Below, piece after piece: positions 47,445-55,638 of a stretch of DNA of 64,000 bases; the first letter of the stretch is position 1; every line of letters starts with the position of its first letter. The stretch lies in contig JBOEGN010000002.1 in the NCBI GenBank assembly GCA_050633445.1, forward strand, positions 17,873 to 81,872, in the 5' to 3' direction. The notes under the pieces were generated by a model. It searched no databases. It was not told the origin of the DNA and was given only the letters and a program-made list of their open reading frames with translations. The position numbers were made by a program, and so were the translations under genes. The stretch is from Thalassovita sp. (GTDB taxonomy: Bacteria > Pseudomonadota > Alphaproteobacteria > Rhodobacterales > Rhodobacteraceae).

Positions 47445-48245
47445 TCACAGCTTGCGGGCAATCTGTTCGGCAGCGTCCAGCAGGGGGGCAGCAAAGACCT
47501 GAACGGCCTTTTCGCGGGTAAACACGCGCCGTGACCATGTGATGTTGATCACCCCCGGCACATGGTTCCCCAGCCGGATCGGAACCCCGATCGAGTCGCG
47601 TTTGTCATCCTCGCCCATGCGGCCCTGATCGAAGTTTCCACCAAAGTCCGGGTCGCGGAGCGCATAGCCCTGATCACGGGTTTCAGCGAGGAGTTTGTCA
47701 ATGTATTCAGGGGCATGCGCCCATCTGTCACCGGGTCGACCCGACAGGCGCAGACGTTCCAGCGTGGCCTCGCGCACGGCATCCTCGCAAAACGCGATGA
47801 ACGCCCGCCCTGAGGCCGAGCGCAGCATATTCACCTGAAACCCGACCGGGCCAAGCGGCACATTGTCGATCCCGGCGCGGCTGGCGTTGGTCTCGATCAC
47901 CTCCATGTGGGTCAGGCGCGGCACCGCCAGCACCGAGGGCCATTGCACCGCGTCACTGAGCGCCTGCAGGACGGGCGAGGCGGCCTCGACCAGCGCGTTT
48001 TCGTGGTCAATCCGGCGGGCCAGTTCGATCAGGGAATAGGACGGCACATAGGCGTTATCGGCCATCCGTTGCCAGGCCATGCCCTGTTCTATCAGCGTTT
48101 TCAGGATGCGCAACAGCGAAGCCTTGGGGATGCCCGTCATCCGGTGCAGATCCGCCAGCGAGGCCGCGCCCGTGGTCTGCAATATTTGCAAGACCTTCAG
48201 CCCGCGTTCCAGCGCGTTGATGGATTTGACCTGTAGTTTGCTCAT
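47445..48245 (-). CDS. IclR family regulator (MhpR-like)
   Basis: ALERGL.VL..HTH; WPS..E.IET..SASGRAF.AFC effector domain. Confidence 0.92.
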   Translation of the reverse strand: MSKLQVKSINALERGLKVLQILQTTGAASLADLHRMTGIPKASLLRILKTLIEQGMAWQRMADNAYVPSYSLIELARRIDHENALVEAASPVLQALSDAVQWPSVLAVPRLTHMEVIETNASRAGIDNVPLGPVGFQVNMLRSASGRAFIAFCEDAVREATLERLRLSGRPGDRWAHAPEYIDKLLAETRDQGYALRDPDFGGNFDQGRMGEDDKRDSIGVPIRLGNHVPGVINITWSRRVFTREKAVQVFAAPLLDAAEQIARKL

Positions 48246-48299
48246 GCCCGGTGCTCCTGCGGTAACTGTGCCACCAGGTCAGGGGCTTGGCAACGGCAG

Positions 48300-51200
48300 C
48301 TAGTGGAAATCGCGGCTGGGGAACAGGCGTTTGGCCTGCTCGCGCGGGTGGCGCGCGCGAGGGGGATAGCGGGGCGTACGGGGGGCGTCATCGGCCTGTG
48401 GCTGGGTGATGCCGACGGCGTCCTCCAATGGGTGGCCCAGCTCGGTGATCTTGTGGGACAGATCCTCGATTTTCTCGGCGATGACATGCACGACCAGGCC
48501 TTCGCGCTGGATAAACCCGCTGACGCGCAGCAGCCGCCCGCCCATCACGGTGCGGCGGTATTGTTCATAGATCTTGGGCCAGACGACCACGTTGGACACG
48601 CCGGTTTCATCCTCGAGCGTCAGGAAAATCACCCCCGAGGCCGTGCCGGGCCGTTGTCGCGTGATCACCAGCCCGCAGACATTCAGGCGGCCCAGCGGGG
48701 CTGCGGGCAGGTCCGCATGCGGGGTCAGATCGGGGATGGAGCTGCGCAACAGCTCCATCGGGTGGGTGCGCAGGGACAGGCGCAGGGCGACGTAATCCTC
48801 GACCATCTCCTCGCCCAGATGCATGGGGGGCAGGGTGACGTCAGGCTCGGCCGCGCCCTCGCCATCCAGCGGATCAGCAAACAGCGGCAGTGGTTTGGCC
48901 GACCGGATCGCGCGCACCTGCCACAGAGCATCGCGCCGGGTCAGCCCCATCCCAACAAAGGCATCGGCTTCGGCCAGACGTTCCAGCACGGCGGGGGCCA
49001 CGCCGGCGCGCAGCCACAGCGCCTCGGGGTCGGGATAGCCATTCCCGCGCGAGGCGGTGATCCACTCGGCATCATCCTGCCGGAACCCCTTGATCTGCCG
49101 GAACCCCAACCGCAGCGCCAGCGTGCCGTCAGCGCGGCGTTCCAGCTGATTGTCCCAGTGGCTGTGATTGACGCAGACCGGGCGCAGCTCGACCCCGTGT
49201 TCACGGGCGTCCCGCACGATCTGGGCGGGGGCATAGAACCCCATCGGTTGCGAATTCAGCAGCGCGCAGGCAAAGATCGCCGGGTGATGGCATTTCAGCC
49301 ACGAGGACACATAGGTCAGCATCGCAAAGGCCGCGGCATGGCTTTCGGGAAAGCCATATTCGCCGAACCCCTCGATCTGGCCGAAACAGCGTTCCGCAAA
49401 ATCGGTGTCATAGCCGCGTTCCAGCATCCCGGCGATAAACCGGTCACGGAAGGTGCCGATCGTGCCCATGCGGCGGAAGGTGGCCAGGGATCTGCGCAGC
49501 CGGTCGGCCTCTTCGGGGGTAAAGCCCGCGCCGACCACCGCGATCTGCATCGCTTGTTCCTGAAACAGCGGCACACCCAGCGTTTTGCCCAGCACTTTTT
49601 CCAGATCGGCCGAGGGGAAATGCACCGGTTCCTTGCCCTGACGGCGGTTGATATAGGGGTGGACCATACCGCCCTGTATGGGGCCGGGGCGGACAATGGC
49701 GACCTCGATCACCAGATCATAGAAGGTGCGCGGCCGCATCCGGGGCAGGAAATTCATCTGCGCGCGGCTTTCGACCTGAAACACCCCCACCGCGTCGGCC
49801 ACGCACAGCATGTCATAGGTGGCCGTGTCCTCTTGGGGGACGTCATGCAGGGTCAACGAGGTGTTTTCATGGGTCTGCAACAGGTCAAAGGCCTTGCGGA
49901 TACAGGTCAGCATCCCAAGGCTGAGGACATCCACCTTCAGGATGCCCAGCGTGTCGATGTCATCCTTGTCCCATTCGATGGTGGTGCGGTCGTCCATCGC
50001 GGCGTTCTCGATGGGACAGAGTTCATCCAGACGGCCCTTGGTGATGATAAATCCGCCGACATGCTGGCTCAGGTGGCGGGGAAAGCCGATCACCTCGCCG
50101 ATCAGGCGGATGGTCTGGGTCAGGCGCTGATCGGACATGTCCAGGCCCAGCTCGCGGATGCGTTTGGGGTCGGCTCCGCCGTTGGATTGGCCCCAGATCT
50201 GGCTGGACAGGCCCGCCGTCACGTCCTGGCTCAGCCCCATGACCTTGCCCACCTCGCGGATCGCGGCGCGGGACCGGAAATGGATCACCGTGGCGCACAG
50301 CCCCGCCCGGTGGCGGCCATAGCGGTCATAGATCCACTGGATCACCTCCTCGCGGCGTTCATGTTCGAAATCCACGTCGATATCCGGCGGCTCGCCCCGG
50401 TATTTCGAGACAAAACGTTCGAACACCATAGTGATCTGATCGGGGCCCACATCGGTGATGCCCAGCAGATAGCACAGGATCGAATTCGCCGCTGATCCGC
50501 GCCCCTGACATAAAATCCCCTGCGAGCGCGCGAATTGCACGATGTCATAGACCGTCAGGAAATAGGCGGCAAAGCCCAGATCCGCGACCAGCCCCAATTC
50601 CTTTTGAACCAGCGCGCGCACCTTGTCGGGCGTGCCCTTGGGGTATCGGTTTTCGCACCCCTCGTGGGCCAGCCGCTCCAGCCGCTGTTGGGGTGTTTCG
50701 CCCTCGGCAATCTCGTCGGGGTATTCATAGCTGAGTTCGGACAGATCAAAGCTGCACCGCGCCGCGATCTCCAGCGAGCGGCGCAGGGCGGCGGGGTGGT
50801 TGCGATAGAGCCGCGCCATATCCGCGTGGCCCTTGAGCCGCCGTTCGGCATTGGGCAGGGCGCGGGTGCCGATCTGGTCGATGGTGATATGGTCGCGCAT
50901 ACAGGTCAGCACGTCGGCCAACTGACGCCGGTTGCCCCGGTGCATCAGCACGTCGCCCACCGCCACCATGGGGGCTGAGCAGCGCAGCGCCAGGCGTGCG
51001 CAGGCATCGAAATAGGCCTGGTCCGTGCCGTCATAACGCGGGGCTGCCCCCACGAAGACGTGGCCGGGATAGCGCCGCTGCATCCGCTGAATGGGGGTGC
51101 GGGCTGCGTGCAGATCGGCACGCGGCAGGGCGATCAGGATCATGCCCGCGCAGCCCTCGTGCAGATCTTTCAGGCTTAGCAAACACTGACCTTTTTCCGC

Positions 51201-51662
51201 GCGGCGTTTGCCCCGCGTCAGCAATCGGCTGAGCCGTTGATAGGCCGCCCGGTCACGCGGCAGGGCGATCCATTCCACGGGGCAATCGGTCAGCACCAGA
51301 CGGCAGCCCACGATCAGCCGGGGCAGGGACATGTCGGCGGGACGGGGGATGTCTTGCGGGGTGCCGACCTCTTGGCGCGAGCTACTGTCCGTGCGGTGTT
51401 CCGAGCGGATGCGGATTGCCTGTTGCGCCTCGTCGGCCTCGCGCCGCAGCTCTTTCAGCGCCGCATAGGCCCGCACCACCCCGGCCAGCGAATTGCGATC
51501 GGTGATGGCGATGGCCGACAGGCCCAGCTCGGCGGCGCGGGTGACCAGTTCCTCGGGGTGCGAGGCGCCGGTCAGAAAGGTAAAATTCGAGGTCACGCAC
51601 AGTTCGGCATAATCCGGTCCGCCGAACTGGCGCGGGACGGTCGGTGTTTCGGGCAGGCTCAT
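48300..51662 (-). CDS. dnaE2: Error-prone DNA polymerase DnaE2 (ImuC)
   Basis: SNFTFL.GASHPEE PHP domain, GRGSAANS, PPDIDVDF, YGFPESH, C-terminal SRDFH; ATG 51662 overlaps the imuB stop. Confidence 0.96.
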   Translation of the reverse strand: MSLPETPTVPRQFGGPDYAELCVTSNFTFLTGASHPEELVTRAAELGLSAIAITDRNSLAGVVRAYAALKELRREADEAQQAIRIRSEHRTDSSSRQEVGTPQDIPRPADMSLPRLIVGCRLVLTDCPVEWIALPRDRAAYQRLSRLLTRGKRRAEKGQCLLSLKDLHEGCAGMILIALPRADLHAARTPIQRMQRRYPGHVFVGAAPRYDGTDQAYFDACARLALRCSAPMVAVGDVLMHRGNRRQLADVLTCMRDHITIDQIGTRALPNAERRLKGHADMARLYRNHPAALRRSLEIAARCSFDLSELSYEYPDEIAEGETPQQRLERLAHEGCENRYPKGTPDKVRALVQKELGLVADLGFAAYFLTVYDIVQFARSQGILCQGRGSAANSILCYLLGITDVGPDQITMVFERFVSKYRGEPPDIDVDFEHERREEVIQWIYDRYGRHRAGLCATVIHFRSRAAIREVGKVMGLSQDVTAGLSSQIWGQSNGGADPKRIRELGLDMSDQRLTQTIRLIGEVIGFPRHLSQHVGGFIITKGRLDELCPIENAAMDDRTTIEWDKDDIDTLGILKVDVLSLGMLTCIRKAFDLLQTHENTSLTLHDVPQEDTATYDMLCVADAVGVFQVESRAQMNFLPRMRPRTFYDLVIEVAIVRPGPIQGGMVHPYINRRQGKEPVHFPSADLEKVLGKTLGVPLFQEQAMQIAVVGAGFTPEEADRLRRSLATFRRMGTIGTFRDRFIAGMLERGYDTDFAERCFGQIEGFGEYGFPESHAAAFAMLTYVSSWLKCHHPAIFACALLNSQPMGFYAPAQIVRDAREHGVELRPVCVNHSHWDNQLERRADGTLALRLGFRQIKGFRQDDAEWITASRGNGYPDPEALWLRAGVAPAVLERLAEADAFVGMGLTRRDALWQVRAIRSAKPLPLFADPLDGEGAAEPDVTLPPMHLGEEMVEDYVALRLSLRTHPMELLRSSIPDLTPHADLPAAPLGRLNVCGLVITRQRPGTASGVIFLTLEDETGVSNVVVWPKIYEQYRRTVMGGRLLRVSGFIQREGLVVHVIAEKIEDLSHKITELGHPLEDAVGITQPQADDAPRTPRYPPRARHPREQAKRLFPSRDFH

Positions 51663-53137
51663 GCGAATTCCCCCTGTACGAACCAGCCGGGATTTTGCGG
51701 CGTGTGGAACAGCCACAATCGGCGTCCCTGCCGGGTTTCGATGCGCCAGTAATCCCGCACGCCGTTGCGCCATGCCTCGTCTGACAGCCACCATTCCGGC
51801 GCGATGCGTTCCGGTCCCGTCGCCCGCGCCGTGGCCAGCGACATGCGCCGCCAGCGGAACCGTTGCGGCGGGCGCGGGCCCGTGGCGGCAATCGGTTCGG
51901 GGGGGAACAGCGACAAGGGGCGTGGACGCAGGCTGATCCACGGGCCTTCGGGGGTGGAATAGGCAGCGGGTGCGATGACAAAGCCGCGCTCGGGGATGTG
52001 GCTGTCAGCGGGCAGGAAGCGCTGCATATTTTCCAGCCCGATGCGCGTGCCGATGCGGGTCAGCAGATCGTCCAACTGGTCGCGGCGCCCGCTATGGGCG
52101 GTGGCCATCTGCTGGACGGGCTGGGGCTCGACCTGCACCGCCTCTAGCCGCAGCTGATCAATGCCAAAGCCCGCGTCAATATCGCCCACGCCCCGTTCGA
52201 ACAGGGGCAGGATACGCTGCGCATCACGCATGGCGCTGGCCAGCCGCAACTCAACCTGCTGACTGCCCTGATCAACCCGCCGCAGGGTCAGGCACAGGAT
52301 GCGGGCCCCGGCCTCGTTACGCTTCAGCTTCGCGCAGAGCTGATCCAGCAGGCGGGCGGTGCCGGCCATCACATCCTCGGTCCGGCCGATGGGCTCGGGC
52401 AGGGTCAGGCGGGTGCCGTAATGGGGCGGGTCCTGCGCCGGGGTGATGGATTCGGGTTGATCCCCCAGGGCCTGGTCCAGCCGTTGCAGCAAGTCGGGCC
52501 CAAAGCGCCGGCTCAGCGGTGCGCGGGCGGTTTCCACCAGATCCTGCACCCGGCGCAGCCCCAGCCGTTGCAGCCCGGTCACCGTGTTTTCGGGCAGGCG
52601 CAGGGCGGCAATGGGCAGATGGCCGATCCCGCCCTGTTCAACACCCGGCGGGGCGATGCCTTCGTCGAAATGCGCCAGCGCCCAGGCCGCGCCGCGCGTG
52701 TCGGCCAGCCCCAACCGCACCGACAGGCCCGCGCGGGCCAACCGGGCGCGGATATCATGCAGCAGCGGTTCCTCGCCGCCCCACAGATGGGTGGAACCTG
52801 TGACATCCAGCACCAGCCCATCCGACCCTTCGGTCCCCACCCAGGGGCAATAGCGCGTGGCCCAACGGTTCAGCGCGCTTAGAAACCGCGCGTCCTGCAC
52901 CGGGGTGGCGGGGGCGCTTTGCAGTTGCGGACAAAAGGCGCGCGCATCGGCAAAGGTCATGCCGCGGCTTAGCCCCTGCCGTTCGGCCTGGGCGTTCAGG
53001 CAGTACAGACGGTCGGTATTGGCCTGGTTCAACGTCAGCGCAAAGGGCGCCTCTGTCGGGCGCGCCCTAAGAGCCCGGTCGCTTGCCAACCGGGGAAACC
53101 ACATCGAGACGATGCGTCGCGTGCGTCCAACGAACAT
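51659..53137 (-). CDS. imuB: Y-family polymerase-like ImuB
   Basis: GM..ADARA..P, GPERIAPEWW and RDYW motifs. Confidence 0.92.
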   Translation of the reverse strand: MFVGRTRRIVSMWFPRLASDRALRARPTEAPFALTLNQANTDRLYCLNAQAERQGLSRGMTFADARAFCPQLQSAPATPVQDARFLSALNRWATRYCPWVGTEGSDGLVLDVTGSTHLWGGEEPLLHDIRARLARAGLSVRLGLADTRGAAWALAHFDEGIAPPGVEQGGIGHLPIAALRLPENTVTGLQRLGLRRVQDLVETARAPLSRRFGPDLLQRLDQALGDQPESITPAQDPPHYGTRLTLPEPIGRTEDVMAGTARLLDQLCAKLKRNEAGARILCLTLRRVDQGSQQVELRLASAMRDAQRILPLFERGVGDIDAGFGIDQLRLEAVQVEPQPVQQMATAHSGRRDQLDDLLTRIGTRIGLENMQRFLPADSHIPERGFVIAPAAYSTPEGPWISLRPRPLSLFPPEPIAATGPRPPQRFRWRRMSLATARATGPERIAPEWWLSDEAWRNGVRDYWRIETRQGRRLWLFHTPQNPGWFVQGEFA

Positions 53138-53651
53138 CCCAAACCCCAAGTGTTCCTGATTTGTTCTTTTTAAGCTCCCAACGCATCAGAGTCGAGTCCT
53201 CAGCCGCCCGATCAGACAGGGGATCGTTCACAGGGGCGGCGTGCCAGCGGGTCTCTGCCGCGTTGCTGCCCATGTTTTCAGGGATCAGACACAAGCCGGT
53301 GGCCTTGCCCGCCTTGGCGGCCAGTTGCAGGCGGCGACCCTCGGTTAGGCCAATTTCCTGGCTCAACTCGACCACAACAAGGGGGACGCTGCCATCGCGC
53401 AGGGCCTCTTCGGTGACGGCCAGCGCGTCGATCTGGCTGGGCGCGCGGGCGATCAGCAGGCGGGCGGGGTCGAAAAAACGGCCAAGGCCAACGGGGTTCA
53501 GCTGTTCGTGCCGCCAGCCCTCGCGGACCCAGATCACAGACCGGTCGTTTTGGGCGCAGCACACCGCCGCGAATCCCAGCGCGCCGGGGCCGTAAACCTC
53601 GTGTACGCGCGCGCGGCGCAGGGGAAACACCTGATCGAACGGAATGCTCAT
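53067..53651 (-). CDS. imuA: ImuA (RecA-like SOS mutagenesis protein)
   Basis: RVHE, EEALR.G, RRLQLAA and AETRW motifs; first gene of the cassette. Confidence 0.88.
   Translation of the reverse strand: MSIPFDQVFPLRRARVHEVYGPGALGFAAVCCAQNDRSVIWVREGWRHEQLNPVGLGRFFDPARLLIARAPSQIDALAVTEEALRDGSVPLVVVELSQEIGLTEGRRLQLAAKAGKATGLCLIPENMGSNAAETRWHAAPVNDPLSDRAAEDSTLMRWELKKNKSGTLGVWDVRWTHATHRLDVVSPVGKRPGS
53152..53166. promoter_or_regulatory. Alphaproteobacterial LexA box GTTC-N7-GTTC
   Basis: GTTC-CTGATTT-GTTC inside the imuA 3' end, 14 nt before the imuB ATG. Confidence 0.6.
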
Positions 53652-53818
53652 GCCCCCAATTTACACCGCTTGGGCCAGGTTTCAAATGGCTTTGCAGCCC
53701 GGCATGGTGCCATCGCGACGTTACGGGAGAACGGAAATTGACCCCACGACAGGCGCGAAAAATCTTGTAGGCTACAGGTCAGGAGACATGTCCAAATCGC
53801 TGGACGAGGGAGAACACC

Positions 53819-54949
53819 ATGAAAGTCAAAGCCGCCATTCTTGAAGAGATCGGTCGCCCCGGCCCCTATGCTGAAACGCGCCCGCTGACCATCGAGGAAA
53901 TCGACCTAGAAGGCCCGCGCGAAGGTGAAGTGCTGATCAAGGTCGAGGCGGCGGGGCTGTGCCACTCGGATCTGTCGGTGATCAACGGCGACCGGCCCCG
54001 GCAGGTGCCCATGGTGCTGGGCCACGAAAGCGCGGGTGTCATCCAAGAGGTCGGCCCCGGCGTGACCCGTTATGCGCCCGGCGATCACGTGATAACGGTC
54101 TTCGTACCCAGTTGCGGGCATTGTGGGCCGTGCAGTGCGGGCCGCCCGGCGCTGTGTGAGCCTGGGGCGGCCTCGAATGGTGCCGGAGAGATGATCGGTG
54201 GCGGCACGCGGCTGTTGCGCAACGGTCAGACGGTCTATCACATGACCGGAGTGGGCTGCTTTGCGGAATACGTCACGGTCTCGCAGAATTCACTGGTCAA
54301 GGTGGCCAAGGACGTGCCGCTGGATATCGCCGCCGTGATGGGTTGCGCGGTGCTGACGGGAGCGGGTGCGGTGTTCAACACGGGGGACGTCACGCCGGGC
54401 TGCACCACAGCAGTTGTCGGGCTGGGCGGCGTCGGGCTGTCCGCCGTCATGGCCGCCCATGCTGCTGGCGCCGAGAAAATCGTGGCCGTGGACATCCTGC
54501 CCGACAAGCTGAAGCTGGCCAAAGAACTGGGCGCGACCCATGTGATCAACTCGAAAGATCCCGGCGCGCTGGAAGAGCTGCGCGACATCACCGGCGGAGG
54601 CGTCGACGCCGCGTTGGATTTCACGGGGAATGTGCATGCATTGGGCTTTGCCTATCAGGCGACAAAACGCGGTGGGGCCACGGTGACGGCCGGACTGCCC
54701 AACCCTGCGGCCAAGCTAGAGATTCCCGCCGTCACCCTGACCGCCGAAGAACGGGTGCTCAAGGGGAGCTATTTGGGGTCGGGCATCCCCAGCCGAGACA
54801 TTCCCCGGTTCCTGGCGTTGTTCGCCCAGGGCCGGATGCCGGTGGACCGGCTGATGACCCACAAGATCGCGTTGGATGACATTAACGAAGGTTTCGACCG
54901 TCTACATTCCGGCGAGGCGATCCGGCAGGTCATCGACATGTCACTATAG
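53819..54949 (+). CDS. Zn-dependent alcohol dehydrogenase (class III-like MDR)
   Basis: CHSD, GHE, C..C..C...C structural zinc site and GLGGVG motifs. Confidence 0.94.
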   Translation: MKVKAAILEEIGRPGPYAETRPLTIEEIDLEGPREGEVLIKVEAAGLCHSDLSVINGDRPRQVPMVLGHESAGVIQEVGPGVTRYAPGDHVITVFVPSCGHCGPCSAGRPALCEPGAASNGAGEMIGGGTRLLRNGQTVYHMTGVGCFAEYVTVSQNSLVKVAKDVPLDIAAVMGCAVLTGAGAVFNTGDVTPGCTTAVVGLGGVGLSAVMAAHAAGAEKIVAVDILPDKLKLAKELGATHVINSKDPGALEELRDITGGGVDAALDFTGNVHALGFAYQATKRGGATVTAGLPNPAAKLEIPAVTLTAEERVLKGSYLGSGIPSRDIPRFLALFAQGRMPVDRLMTHKIALDDINEGFDRLHSGEAIRQVIDMSL

Positions 54950-55100
54950 CGTTCATGCTTGGATCAGCGCCCTCAGATTACCGGTGCTGATTGAGGTGGT
55001 TGTGCGTTATATAATGATTTTATTACAGCGCATTACGTGCAATACTTAAGGTGTTGAGTGAGGTAAATTGTGGCCGAAATACCGCCAGAGCGTTCCCTCC

Positions 55101-55574
55101 TCAGGCGCACAACGCACAAAATTTCGTACCCAATTTCTGCGCGGCTTCGGGAAGATTTAATCGCAGCATCATCCCGCGCTTGCCGCCATTGATGACCACC
55201 AAATCTGTTAGCTCAACCGCTTTGTGCACCGCGATGGGCACGCGTTTTTTCTGACCAAAGGGGCTGATGCCTCCGGTGCGATAGCCGGTCAGCCGCTCGG
55301 CCTTGGGTTGCTCCATCATCTTGGCGGATTTGCCGCCAAACGCGGCGGCGGCCTTTTTCATCGAGACGGTCTGATCCGACGGGATCACCACGCAGGCCGG
55401 GGCGCCATCAACCTCGATCATCAGGGTTTTATACACCAGTTGAGGCGGCATCCCGATCGCCTCGGCGGCTTGCAGGCCCACGCGGTCCTTGCCGGGGGCG
55501 TAGTCATATTCCAGAACCTCGAAATCAAGGCTGTTCTGGATTAGGAAACGGGTGGCAGGGGTTGCGGTGCTCAT
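55101..55574 (-). CDS. ybaK: Cys-tRNA(Pro) deacylase YbaK
   Basis: TPAT, VYKTL, TGY..GGISPFGQ and GG.RG motifs. Confidence 0.92.
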   Translation of the reverse strand: MSTATPATRFLIQNSLDFEVLEYDYAPGKDRVGLQAAEAIGMPPQLVYKTLMIEVDGAPACVVIPSDQTVSMKKAAAAFGGKSAKMMEQPKAERLTGYRTGGISPFGQKKRVPIAVHKAVELTDLVVINGGKRGMMLRLNLPEAAQKLGTKFCALCA

Positions 55575-55638
55575 CGTGGGCTCGTGTTTATGCTCATCGG
55601 GTTTGTTCCATGAATTCCAGAGGGGTGCAAACCCTGGA

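Larger units (their letters stand above)
18237..55091. mobile_element. Putative degraded genomic island integrated at the tRNA-Asn 3' end
   Basis: TACCGCCGGAGC (18237-18248) versus TACCGCCAGAGC (55080-55091); phage-like remnants at the left end and accessory cargo inside; no integrase seen. Confidence 0.5.

Noticed and set aside
48303-50495. 730-aa plus-strand ORF
   Set aside because: Antisense to dnaE2 with no recognisable domain.
54995-55060. dif-like site in the AT-rich spacer
   Set aside because: No convincing 11-6-11 XerC/XerD arrangement.
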